Shown piece after piece: positions 45,077-54,277 of a stretch of DNA of 64,000 bases. The stretch is from Bdellovibrio sp. (GTDB lineage Bacteria > Bdellovibrionota > Bacteriovoracia > Bacteriovoracales > Bacteriovoracaceae): the NCBI GenBank assembly GCA_022729855.1, contig DZBG01000003.1, positions 257-64,256 of the forward strand. Direction: 5' to 3'. Made by a program: the position numbers and the translations under genes. A model generated the notes under the pieces. That model was not told the DNA's origin. It searched no databases and was given only the letters and a program-made list of their open reading frames with translations. Positions within the stretch are counted from its first letter, which is position 1. Each line of letters starts with the position of its first letter.

Positions 45077-46111
45077 TTAAACAAAGGCATCGCCTTCACC
45101 ACCTCGAGAAATGATGGCCTTACCTTTGGCCTCCAGATCTTTAAGCTGCTGAACGATCTCTTGTTGAGCTTTCTCCACATCTGAAACTTTTGTCGGTCCC
45201 ATCGCTTCCAAATCTTCTTTGAGAAGTGTGGCAGCACGATTTGACATGTTCTTATAAAGTTTCGTTTTAACATCATCAGGAGCCGTCTTAAGTGCAATAA
45301 CAAGTTTTTGGTTATCCACAATTTTAAGAAGCTCTTGAGTTCCTTTATCATCAACAAAGACAATATCTTCAAAGACGAACATGAGTTTTCTAATTTCTTC
45401 AGCAAGCTCAGGATCTTTCTCTTCAACTCTGGCCATGATGTTTTTCTCAGAGTTCTTATCCATAAGGTTAAGCATATCTGCGATTGGCTCAATACCACCA
45501 AGTTGTTGAGTATCAATTGATCCAAGAGTTGAAAGTTCCGTTTTAAGAACATCATCAAGTTGGGCAATAAGTTCAGGAGAAACGAAATCTAGATTCGCCA
45601 CACGTAGAACAACTTCAGCTTGAAGGCCTTCAGGAAGTTTACGGAGAACATCTACTTTTTTCTCTACTGGTAAGTGAGCACAAATAAGAGCAATCGTTTG
45701 TGGATGCTCATTAATAAGAAAGTTGGCAAGAGTTCTTGTATCAACTAGTTCAAGTGACTCAAGAGTATTATTTGTTCCAACATCAACAATTTGTCCAAGA
45801 AGTTGTTTCGCACGATCTTCACCAAGAGTAGAAAGAATAAAATCTCTTCCCTTATTCTCAGAGAACAGAAGCTCAGCATCTTCATTGATTGAAGAATAAA
45901 ACTCTTCAAGCACTTTTTTCACCATCCAAATTGGAGATTTAGAAATATTCGACATGCTGTTAATCATACGTTTAACATCATTGTCTTTCATGTGCTTAAA
46001 AATAAGCTTCGTTGTCGTAGGCCCCAAGGCCGACAACAAAATCGCCGCTTTTTCCTGACCTGAGAGAAGTGCATATTGGACTTCAGGGTCGAGGGATTTA
46101 TCTTCACTCAT
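45077..46111 (-). CDS. fliG: Flagellar motor switch protein FliG
   Basis: 344-aa ORF. 'LSGQEKAAILLSALG', 'EHPQTIALI' and C-terminal 'MSNRAATLLKEDLEAMGP' motifs. Confidence 0.92.
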   Translation of the reverse strand: MSEDKSLDPEVQYALLSGQEKAAILLSALGPTTTKLIFKHMKDNDVKRMINSMSNISKSPIWMVKKVLEEFYSSINEDAELLFSENKGRDFILSTLGEDRAKQLLGQIVDVGTNNTLESLELVDTRTLANFLINEHPQTIALICAHLPVEKKVDVLRKLPEGLQAEVVLRVANLDFVSPELIAQLDDVLKTELSTLGSIDTQQLGGIEPIADMLNLMDKNSEKNIMARVEEKDPELAEEIRKLMFVFEDIVFVDDKGTQELLKIVDNQKLVIALKTAPDDVKTKLYKNMSNRAATLLKEDLEAMGPTKVSDVEKAQQEIVQQLKDLEAKGKAIISRGGEGDAFV

Positions 46112-46134
46112 GATCTACTCCACTCACTTATAAC

Positions 46135-47826
46135 TTATGCTATTTCTTTTTGTGCTTCATTAGTATGAATCATATCATGAATAACCTGAGCTGCTTTACC
46201 TGGGTTTGCTTCAACTAGAGAAATAATTTTCTCTCTTAGCATATTCCCTTCAATCTTCTCTGGGTTAAGCTTATCTTCCATGCTCGGAAGAACATCCTCA
46301 AGACCAGGTAATCTTTGATTCGCTTGAATTTTTTCAAGCTCTTCAATTGTTTTAGGTAAGAAGTCTTCAATTGATTCAACAGTATTCTCTGTAAGCCACT
46401 GGATGAAAGGTCTGATTACCATGAAGAAGAAAAGCGTAATCAAGGCACCAATCATTAAGTACTTTGTAAGATTCTTAATAAGTTCACGATTCTCACGAGC
46501 TCGCATGATCGCTTCCATTTCTGAAAGATCTTCTTTTGCGAATTCCATGTTTTTTATAACGATCTTATCTCCACGAGCAAGATTGATATTTAAAGATGAA
46601 GCTACAATTTGTTGAAAGTTTTGAAGTTCATCTTCTGACCAAGCTTCATACTTAGTAAGATTGACTCCTTCGTCACTTACCATCGCCATTCCGTTTTTAT
46701 CTAAAACAGGAACACGTTTTCCATCAAGCATGACCGCCACTGACATATTACTCATGTCAGCTGTTGGTTTTTTAGATCTTGTTACTGTAGATGGCACGGC
46801 CATATTTCTTGTAATAAGAGACTTATCAACATCATTTCTTGTTTCTGGAATACCTGGCTGAGGATTTTCACCTGGAACATTTGATCTTGCTCCTGGGATC
46901 CCTTGTGGAGAAGGTCTAACTCCAACCATTTTTTGCTCATTACGAACTTCAGAAACGATAGCTGCATTTTCTGAGTCATACTGAGTTTGAGTTTCTGTTT
47001 TCTCAGTGAAATCCATTTTCACTGCTACTTTAGCAATTACTTTTCCTTCACCAACAACACGAGAAAGAATTTCTTCAACTTTCTTTTCAAGTTGAGCATT
47101 CATTTTTGTTTCAAGGGCAATTTTATTAGCTGTTTCAGTCGACATTTGATCGCCATCGTTTTCAGATAGCTTTTTACCTCTAGAATCAATAACCACAACA
47201 TGATGTGTACGCATTCCATCAACAGCAGATGATACCAAAGATTGGATACCTTTAATTTCATCGGGAGTCATTGTTACTCCACGATCAACATCAAGAACAA
47301 CTGAACCACTTGGTGGTTTTCTTTCTGTTACGAACGGAGATGATTCAGGGATTGAAAGGTGAACACGTGCGCGAGTCACACCTTTAATATGCATAATTGT
47401 TTTAACAAGCTCGCCTTCTAGGGCCCTTTGCTTATTAATTTTTTGAACAAATGAAGTTGTTCCGAAAGCTTGCTTATCGAATACTTCGTATCCAACAGTT
47501 CCAGTGAAATTCACACCTTTCTTAGCAATCTCAAGACGCCAAATTTCTACTTGTTCTTCAGGTACCATGATAGTTTTCCCATCATCTTTTACCTGATATG
47601 AAATTTTTCCTTCTTCAAGCATTCTTGCAATAACTGCAGAATCTTCTTTAGATAACTCAGTATAAAGAACTTTATACTGGCTTTTTGTGGCCCAAATGAT
47701 CATGGCACTTGTGGCAGCAATTAATAAAATCGCTGATCCAAGTAATCCAAGTCTTCGGGTCATATCCAAAGATTTGAAGAATTCAATAAAGTTGTTAACT
47801 GTCTGTGATAAAATTCCGTTGTTCAA
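46135..47826 (-). CDS. fliF: Flagellar MS-ring protein FliF
   Basis: 563-aa ORF. N-terminal TM, 'ALEGELVKTI...VTRARVHLSIPE' and a second TM near the C-terminus. Confidence 0.9.
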   Translation of the reverse strand: MNNGILSQTVNNFIEFFKSLDMTRRLGLLGSAILLIAATSAMIIWATKSQYKVLYTELSKEDSAVIARMLEEGKISYQVKDDGKTIMVPEEQVEIWRLEIAKKGVNFTGTVGYEVFDKQAFGTTSFVQKINKQRALEGELVKTIMHIKGVTRARVHLSIPESSPFVTERKPPSGSVVLDVDRGVTMTPDEIKGIQSLVSSAVDGMRTHHVVVIDSRGKKLSENDGDQMSTETANKIALETKMNAQLEKKVEEILSRVVGEGKVIAKVAVKMDFTEKTETQTQYDSENAAIVSEVRNEQKMVGVRPSPQGIPGARSNVPGENPQPGIPETRNDVDKSLITRNMAVPSTVTRSKKPTADMSNMSVAVMLDGKRVPVLDKNGMAMVSDEGVNLTKYEAWSEDELQNFQQIVASSLNINLARGDKIVIKNMEFAKEDLSEMEAIMRARENRELIKNLTKYLMIGALITLFFFMVIRPFIQWLTENTVESIEDFLPKTIEELEKIQANQRLPGLEDVLPSMEDKLNPEKIEGNMLREKIISLVEANPGKAAQVIHDMIHTNEAQKEIA

Positions 47827-47869
47827 AGAATCCTCCTGATTCTTAAAACCCTAGCTATCCAAAGGATAA

Positions 47870-48229
47870 CTATATTTGCATTCTCATTACTTCTTTGTAG
47901 GCATCAATTACTTTAGAACGAATTTGATTCATTGTTCTAAAAGCAATATCAGCTTTTTCTACAGTGAGTAGTGTTTCGTGCAAATTTTTGCTTTCGCCTG
48001 AAGCCAATTTTTCCATGGCCACATTGGCGTCCACTTGCATTTTGTTTACATTGCTAATTGAGTCTTTAAGAAACTCTCCAAAACTCTTAGCTTCTCCTGC
48101 ATGTTCGATGCCAGGAGTTTCCATTGTGTTAAAATTATCAGAGATTCCTGAATCGGCCTTACGAACCCATCCATTAGCATCTGCATTTCCTAAGGTCTGT
48201 TGAAATCCTGCAATATTTTTAATCGACAT
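47870..48229 (-). CDS. fliE: Flagellar hook-basal body protein FliE
   Basis: 119-aa ORF. C-terminus 'VEKADIAFRTMNQIRSKVIDAYKEVMRMQI'. Confidence 0.85.
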   Translation of the reverse strand: MSIKNIAGFQQTLGNADANGWVRKADSGISDNFNTMETPGIEHAGEAKSFGEFLKDSISNVNKMQVDANVAMEKLASGESKNLHETLLTVEKADIAFRTMNQIRSKVIDAYKEVMRMQI

Positions 48230-48242
48230 TACTTACCTTTCC

Positions 48243-48680
48243 TTAGTTACGGCCAATCTCAAGAGTTTTGGTCGCCATTTGTTTAGCAGTATTAATCGCT
48301 GTCACATTGGCCTCATAAGCTCTCTGAGCCTCAATCATATTGGCCATCTCACTCATCACGTTGATATCTGGCATTGCCACATATCCCTCTTGGTTTGCAT
48401 CAGGATGAGTTGGGTCATATTTTAAAACGACCTTATCTGTATGAACCACTTCTGTTGCTTGAACAGTTTGTGAGTGCTCATCCAGTTCGCCTTCAAGAAT
48501 TTCTGAAAAACGTTCACGTGTTGGCTCTGAACCAAAGACCACTTCTTTTTTACGGTAGGGTCCGCCCTCGGCAGTTCTCGTTGTTTGAGCATTTGCAATA
48601 TTCGACGAATGAGACTCCATTCGTTTTCTTTGTGCTGCCAAACCAGAAGAACTAACTCTAAGACTTGAGAGTAAATCCAT
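48243..48680 (-). CDS. flgC: Flagellar basal-body rod protein FlgC
   Basis: 145-aa ORF. 'LRVSSSGLAAQRKRMESHSSNIANAQTT' and C-terminus 'MIEAQRAYEANVTAINTAKQM'. Confidence 0.92.
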   Translation of the reverse strand: MDLLSSLRVSSSGLAAQRKRMESHSSNIANAQTTRTAEGGPYRKKEVVFGSEPTRERFSEILEGELDEHSQTVQATEVVHTDKVVLKYDPTHPDANQEGYVAMPDINVMSEMANMIEAQRAYEANVTAINTAKQMATKTLEIGRN

Positions 48681-48690
48681 TCACGCTCCC

Positions 48691-49098
48691 TTATTTTTCA
48701 TTGTTGATGGCGTACTTCATTAGTCCCATCTTTTTATTCACTAACTGAACTAGAGCATCGTACATAAGTTTGTTCTCTGCCATTCTTCCCATTTCAGCTT
48801 CGGTATCAACTGTATTCCCATTCTCCGAAACGATTCCATTCGGGTCGTCATAGATTTCTGGTTCAAGATTGTCGAATCCACCGTTACCAACATCAAAATG
48901 GCGCTCGTCAGTGATATTCATTTGCATTTGCCCATCTGTATCCAGGGCCCTTGCAAGTGCCTCTTCAAAGTCAACTTTCTTCGATTTAAAGCCAGGTGTG
49001 TTTGCGTTGGCGATATTCGAAGAAATCACTTCTTGTCTCATTTCACGAAAGTTTAAGGCCGTGGTTAGAGCGCTAAGAGTTTTATCATTAACATCCAT
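48691..49098 (-). CDS. flgB: Flagellar basal-body rod protein FlgB
   Basis: 135-aa ORF. 'REMRQEVISSNIANANTPGFK' and C-terminus 'ENKLMYDALVQLVNKKMGLMKYAI'. Confidence 0.9.
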   Translation of the reverse strand: MDVNDKTLSALTTALNFREMRQEVISSNIANANTPGFKSKKVDFEEALARALDTDGQMQMNITDERHFDVGNGGFDNLEPEIYDDPNGIVSENGNTVDTEAEMGRMAENKLMYDALVQLVNKKMGLMKYAINNEK

Positions 49099-49125
49099 GT
49101 ACTTCTCCTCTAATTCACTTAGAGA

Positions 49126-50067
49126 TTAGCGTAGGTTTACAAAGTAAGTAGCGCCTTCACCACGATACTCATTAATCTTATTTCTAAGAGTTCTGATTGA
49201 AACACCAAGGATTTTTGCCGCTTGAGTTCTATTTTCAGAAGTAAACACCAATGCTTTTTTAATAAGAAGTTTTTCAGCTTCGCGAAGAGACATAAGTTTA
49301 ACTCCGTCTTCATCTTTTTCAAATGAAGTGAATTCAACTCTTCTCTCACCTTGCTCAAGAGATTGAAGATCAACAATCCCAGAGTTTGCATTCGCAACAG
49401 CTTTCTTCATGAACGATTTAAGTTCAGATACGTTTTGATTCCAGTTGTACTCAGAAAGCTTACGACAAGCCTCTGGTGCTAGGTCAATTGAATCGAGAGA
49501 ATTTTCTTGGCAGTATTCAGAAACAATTTGGCGAGCGATTAATTCCACGTCAGTCCCTCTTTCTCTCAATGGCATCAGATCAATCTGAACACCTGAGAAG
49601 TAAGTGAAAAGAGCTCTTGTGAATTTTCCTGCACCAACAAGCTTCGAAAGATTTTTTGAAGTTGTAGCGATCACGCGAACATCTAATTCATAGTCTGGCA
49701 GCTCTTGAAGGATATTATACAGTCGTTTCTGAAAATTTTCATCCAGTGCATCAATATTGGCAAAAATTACCGTACCACCGTTGGCAAGTTCTAGAACCCC
49801 ACGATTAAATCGTCCTGACTCTTCATCACGGTGACCAAGCACTTGTTTCTCAACTGATGCTGTATCGATAGCACAGTCAACAATTTCAATACGTGCACTT
49901 TTGCGAATTGAATTTTGGTGGATATAAGTTGCTAAAGATTTTTTCCCTGTTCCTGACTCAGCGTAAATGAGTACTGGTGTTTTTGTCACCGCCACATTAC
50001 GTGCTGTCTCGAGAGACTTTAAAAACTTAGGATGATTACCTACTAGTGAGAAACCTGCTGTTAACAT
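49126..50067 (-). CDS. Sigma-54-activator-like AAA+ protein with Fis-type HTH, catalytically degenerate (no GAFTGA, no Walker B DE)
   Basis: 313-aa ORF. Walker A 'AESGTGKK' is retained and the HTH reads 'RTQAAKILGVSIRTLRNKI'. The other EBP signature motifs are degenerate (see findings). No N-terminal sensory domain. Confidence 0.8.
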   Translation of the reverse strand: MLTAGFSLVGNHPKFLKSLETARNVAVTKTPVLIYAESGTGKKSLATYIHQNSIRKSARIEIVDCAIDTASVEKQVLGHRDEESGRFNRGVLELANGGTVIFANIDALDENFQKRLYNILQELPDYELDVRVIATTSKNLSKLVGAGKFTRALFTYFSGVQIDLMPLRERGTDVELIARQIVSEYCQENSLDSIDLAPEACRKLSEYNWNQNVSELKSFMKKAVANANSGIVDLQSLEQGERRVEFTSFEKDEDGVKLMSLREAEKLLIKKALVFTSENRTQAAKILGVSIRTLRNKINEYRGEGATYFVNLR

Positions 50068-50094
50068 TAGACCTCCTGTCCGTTGTTATTGGGT

Positions 50095-52785
50095 TTATAG
50101 GTTACGATTACTTAACTCTATAGTTGTCAATTCACTCCTGCACATTTCCTTAATGTGAACAGGAGAATTCTTATCGTTCATCAGAGTAGTGAGGACTTCT
50201 TTTCCCTCTTTTACTCTTTCAGACTTTACTAATGATAAACCATAAATGTAGCTGATACGGGCCGTGTAAGGAGATTTTTGAAATTTCTCTTTAAACGTCT
50301 TAGTCATAAGTGACAACTCGCTATAATCAGGTTTTTCTTCACCGGCCAGCGTCTCGATTAAAAGATACTGAACTCGTTCCGCTACATTCAAGATCGGTGC
50401 CGACTTTGATTTACCTATGTCTTGGGCCAAGGCACGTACTATTGATTTGAAGCGTGATTCATCTTTTAATTGATATAAAGACTCAACATAACTCATTAAT
50501 AAATCAGCCGTTTGACGTGGAGTCAGCTGATTCTCAGGGTTCTGCTTGATAAGCACTTTTTCGAAATCTCCGATAGCTGGATTATATTTCTTCTGGTGAT
50601 AATTTATCACCCCTGAATAGTACGAATAGTTAATTGAGTCCCTTAATGACACCGGAAAAGAGGCCAAAAGTAGTCCGGCCTTCTCCCAATCCTTTGAAGC
50701 CACTAGTCTGATAAGATTTAGTTCTTCAATCATGACAGAAAGCTTCGTGCTCTTCACTCGCTGAGTCCACTGAGGAAAAATTCTTTCCTCATCAGCTCTC
50801 ACTGTCTTAAATGAGTCGTACGCTCTATCAAAACTTTTATAAAGTCCAAGCTTTAAGAATGAATCACAAACAACAAAGTTCATATAAGGAGCTTTGGCTA
50901 CCTTAGACTCATATTTATCTTTGTAAACTTCCCAAACCTTAACTGTCTTCGCATAGTTCTCTTCTAAGTATGATTTTTGAATTAAACCAAAAACCACTTC
51001 TGCTCCATCACCTTCAAAAACTCTTCTCTCTGCAGGCTTAAGTGAATCAAGAGGAATCGTCGTCAAATATGAAAGGGCCTTATCGTAGTCTTGCTCATTA
51101 ATAAAAGAGCGAAGCCTAGTTAACCAAAGTGCTTTTTTTAGATTAAGGTCTAAAATTTTTGTCTCATCAGGTGATTGTTCAAGAAAGACAACTGACTCTT
51201 TATCAAGAGCATCTGGCTTAATTTTTCTTCCTGTTCTCATTGCCACATATCTAATCTTTGCTTCATAACGAGGCTCACCTAAAGTTGAGCGATCAATCGC
51301 CTTACGGTAGAGAGCTAAAGTTTGATCAACAGGACGATCAAGGATTTCATAAATAAGGGCCATACGGACACGAGCATAAGGAGCATTCAGCGTATAAGAA
51401 TATTCAGCAGTAAATTCATCAAAGAGTTTTAATGATAACTCAAACTCAGCTTCTCTAAATAAAGCTTCCGCCACATTATAAAGGATAGCTGGGTGAACTG
51501 GCTTAGCTAATGACTTCGCCACAGTCGTATATTTTTTCACTAACTCTGAAGACTGATTTTTTGAAAGCATTGCGTACGAGCTATAAGCAAGACCAATTTG
51601 TGATGGAAGAATTGAAATCAATTTCTTATCTGAGAGAAATTCTTCAATTTTATCAACTTGCTTCAATTGCGCCAGAGAGTAAAGTATCGCTTGAGCTGAG
51701 TATATCACAAAATCTTGATCGAAATCAGATCTTGCTTCAACAAAATACTCTTTCGCTGTTTGAAGTGATCTTACATAGTCATTATTATCAAGTGATGTCT
51801 GAAGTGAGTAACGATAGATAGCTGACTTCAACTCGTAATTATCAGTCATCCCCACAATATTAGTTAAAATATTTAAGGCCGACTGTGTGATTCCTTTATT
51901 TGGTTTGGCAATATTACCTTTCAAAAGAGCATTTGCTTTCAGGTATTCATTCCAAACATTATTCTTATCAGAGCCATATTTCTTTTTATAAAGATCAATA
52001 GACTTATTCATTAGTCCATATTTTTCTTTACGATAAAAATTAATCGAAAGCTGAAGATGAGCTTCTTTTTCATCTCCAAGAAACTCTCTGTCTTTAATAG
52101 GATAGAGCGATTCTGGAATTTTGCTGGCAAGATTTACATCTTTTTCAAGACTTGGAATCATCGCCTGATAATCCCAAATAAAACTCGCGCCATATCTAAA
52201 GTCTCTATAATCTGGATTATTTTTTGCGAGATCTTGAGTCACTGGTTTTGCAGCTTCGACCACAGGAAGTATCTTACTTGTGGTGTCAGGTGCGAGGATC
52301 CTCTTTTCCTTGGCCACCACTTTTTTGACTACAGGCTTAGCGGCCACAGGCAAAGGAAGAGGCTTTGAGAGAGCGGCAGTTCTCTCACTTACAAGATCCT
52401 TATTAATCCAAAAATCTAAAATATATTTACGATCCACATCACGATAGAAAGAGAAAAGCTCAATGGATTGATCTTTCAGAGCGATCGTAATACTCGCTGG
52501 TTTAGCAGGAAAGTTTTCCTGAGAGTACTTTATGTCTTTTATATAAACTTGATCAGCGTTGATCTTTCCAAAGTCAAAAGCCATCTTTTCAAATAACTGA
52601 AGATTTAACGTCTCAATAGTTAATGTTTGATCTTTCTTCGTAATGAAAACTTGATCTCTTGGAGCAACGATATTCCAACGTAAATGAGTTTTAAATGTTT
52701 CTTGATTGAATGTATCAGCAAGCGACGCTTGAAAAACGCTTAAGGTAAGGGCCAGTGCTGTCAAAATTTTTGGCAACAAATTCAT
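50095..52785 (-). CDS. Large periplasmic TPR-like repeat protein with N-terminal beta-rich domain
   Basis: Start moved to the ATG at 52785, giving signal peptide 'MNLLPKILTALALTLSVFQASLA'; the track start 52935 adds a basic non-protein-like leader. The long helical-repeat body has TPR-like A/Y/L periodicity. Lies 27 nt upstream of the EBP-like gene. Confidence 0.7.
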   Translation of the reverse strand: MNLLPKILTALALTLSVFQASLADTFNQETFKTHLRWNIVAPRDQVFITKKDQTLTIETLNLQLFEKMAFDFGKINADQVYIKDIKYSQENFPAKPASITIALKDQSIELFSFYRDVDRKYILDFWINKDLVSERTAALSKPLPLPVAAKPVVKKVVAKEKRILAPDTTSKILPVVEAAKPVTQDLAKNNPDYRDFRYGASFIWDYQAMIPSLEKDVNLASKIPESLYPIKDREFLGDEKEAHLQLSINFYRKEKYGLMNKSIDLYKKKYGSDKNNVWNEYLKANALLKGNIAKPNKGITQSALNILTNIVGMTDNYELKSAIYRYSLQTSLDNNDYVRSLQTAKEYFVEARSDFDQDFVIYSAQAILYSLAQLKQVDKIEEFLSDKKLISILPSQIGLAYSSYAMLSKNQSSELVKKYTTVAKSLAKPVHPAILYNVAEALFREAEFELSLKLFDEFTAEYSYTLNAPYARVRMALIYEILDRPVDQTLALYRKAIDRSTLGEPRYEAKIRYVAMRTGRKIKPDALDKESVVFLEQSPDETKILDLNLKKALWLTRLRSFINEQDYDKALSYLTTIPLDSLKPAERRVFEGDGAEVVFGLIQKSYLEENYAKTVKVWEVYKDKYESKVAKAPYMNFVVCDSFLKLGLYKSFDRAYDSFKTVRADEERIFPQWTQRVKSTKLSVMIEELNLIRLVASKDWEKAGLLLASFPVSLRDSINYSYYSGVINYHQKKYNPAIGDFEKVLIKQNPENQLTPRQTADLLMSYVESLYQLKDESRFKSIVRALAQDIGKSKSAPILNVAERVQYLLIETLAGEEKPDYSELSLMTKTFKEKFQKSPYTARISYIYGLSLVKSERVKEGKEVLTTLMNDKNSPVHIKEMCRSELTTIELSNRNL

Positions 52786-52860
52786 TATATAAGACTTCCT
52801 GTCTTTAAGTAGGCATTTAAGACCACATCCATATGGTCTTTTTTTCCTAGTTCCTTTTTG

Positions 52861-52888
52861 ATTGTAGCGTGATTTTGATTTTGTAAAA
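52861..52888 (-). promoter_or_regulatory. Candidate sigma-70 promoter for the TPR/flagellar transcription unit
   Basis: Minus strand has TTTTAC(A)-16 nt-TACAAT, with the -10 at 52866..52861, about 75 nt upstream of the ATG at 52785. Confidence 0.3.
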
Positions 52889-53009
52889 GATAAATTTTTC
52901 CTACCGGCAAAAAAATCCTGTCGAGACTTTGACATCCCTATAATTTTTTAAATGTTTACAATGTTTTATAGAGATAACTTATAATCCCCGTGCAAAGAAC
53001 TATACTATT

Positions 53010-53495
53010 ATGCGATTTATACCTCTTATTATTCTTCTCATTTTTACTGGATGCTCTTGGCTTATTCCAGCGCCTAAGAAAGTACCTAGCGCCAAGAACG
53101 ATGGTTATAAATTAAATTACAACTCTGCAGATTGGAAACTTCTCAAGCAAAAACAATCCGATTACGTATTCCAAAATCAAAATGGCTCAACACTAGTTAT
53201 CAATAGCTTTTGTGGAGAATTTCAAGATGAACCTCTACCGGTCCTTGCTGAAAAAACATTTAATGGACTGGATGATATTAAAAATAGAAAAGAGAGCCCC
53301 CTTACTCTCTCTAATAGAGAAGCTTTTCAATTAGAGGCCGATGGCAGCCTTGATGGCGTTACGATTAATATTAAAGTCATTAATATGAGACGCAATAATT
53401 GTTATTATGATTTTCTCCGCATCACTCCTCAAGGAGTCACAGCATCTCAGAATCAACCTGAGGAAATGATAAATGCCGTGGAGTTTTTGCCATGA
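53010..53495 (+). CDS. Lipoprotein of unknown function, first gene of the Mla-like operon
   Basis: 161-aa ORF. Lipobox 'LIFTGC'. 4-nt overlap with mlaE. Confidence 0.6.
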   Translation: MRFIPLIILLIFTGCSWLIPAPKKVPSAKNDGYKLNYNSADWKLLKQKQSDYVFQNQNGSTLVINSFCGEFQDEPLPVLAEKTFNGLDDIKNRKESPLTLSNREAFQLEADGSLDGVTINIKVINMRRNNCYYDFLRITPQGVTASQNQPEEMINAVEFLP

Positions 53496-54274
53496 AATTT
53501 TTTGTTAATTTCCTTAGCAAAAAAATGGAAAACAATCTCCAGCTGATCGGAGAGCTCTATTGCTTTTTTATTGAATATCTCAAATGTCTCACTACCCGTC
53601 CCTTTTATTGGGGAAGACTTTATCAACAAATTATTGAACTCGGGATTGGATCACTCTCTATTACACTTGTGATTGGATTTGTGACAGGACTTGTGATGAC
53701 ACTACAGTTTGGTTACGGACTCACTAAATTTGGTGGAGTTCTTTACGTACCAGCAATTGTTTCACTCTCTCTTCTCAGAGAGCTTGCTCCCATTTTTACT
53801 TCTCTTCTTATTGCAGGAAGAATTGGCTCAGGAATCTCTGCAGAGATTGGGGCCATGAACGTCACCCAGCAAATTGATGCTGTAAGGGCCCTAGGAACCT
53901 CTCCAGTGAGAGTTCTTGTGGTTCCGAGGGTGACAGCTGCTATTATCTCACTTCCTCTCCTTGGGGTACTTTCTGGCTTTATGGGAATTATTGGTGGAGG
54001 AATCATCGCCTACACAGAATTTAATATGCCCATTGGTTTTTATGTTAACAAAGTTCTCTCTACCATTCGTTTTGTAGATGTTTTTGGTAGTTATTTTAAA
54101 TGTATGTTTTTTGCCGTTGTGATTACCATACTCGCTTGTTACCGCGGCTTTAATACGAAAGATGGGACTCGTGGTGTAGGTAATGCCTCAACGTGGGTGG
54201 TAGTAAGAAGTTCTATTATTATTTTGGTATCGGATTTCTTTCTAAGTAAGATTCTGATCCTTTTATTTGATTAA
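53492..54274 (+). CDS. mlaE: MlaE-family ABC transporter permease
   Basis: 260-aa polytopic ORF. 'RELAPIFTSLLIAGRIGSGISAEIGAMNVTQQIDA' is the conserved MlaE/Ttg2B core. Confidence 0.85.
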   Translation: MKFFVNFLSKKMENNLQLIGELYCFFIEYLKCLTTRPFYWGRLYQQIIELGIGSLSITLVIGFVTGLVMTLQFGYGLTKFGGVLYVPAIVSLSLLRELAPIFTSLLIAGRIGSGISAEIGAMNVTQQIDAVRALGTSPVRVLVVPRVTAAIISLPLLGVLSGFMGIIGGGIIAYTEFNMPIGFYVNKVLSTIRFVDVFGSYFKCMFFAVVITILACYRGFNTKDGTRGVGNASTWVVVRSSIIILVSDFFLSKILILLFD

Positions 54275-54277
54275 ATT

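Noticed and set aside
45061-45567. 168-aa same-strand ORF inside fliG; similar nested ORFs sit inside flgE (38117..38452), fliH (44634..44984), fliI, fliF, the TPR gene, metK and others.
   Set aside because: They are alternative-frame or antisense ORFs fully contained in genes with unmistakable family motifs. They are typical AT-rich-genome artefacts.
52786-52935. 50-codon N-terminal extension of the TPR protein ORF.
   Set aside because: It is highly basic and Cys-containing junk-like sequence. The internal Met at 52785 gives a textbook signal peptide and has AGGAAG upstream. The extension overlaps the likely promoter.
52929-52944. Perfect TTGACA and perfect TATAAT hexamers on the plus strand.
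   Set aside because: They are separated by only 4 nt, so they cannot form one sigma-70 promoter. Neither has a convincing partner element at 16-18 nt spacing.
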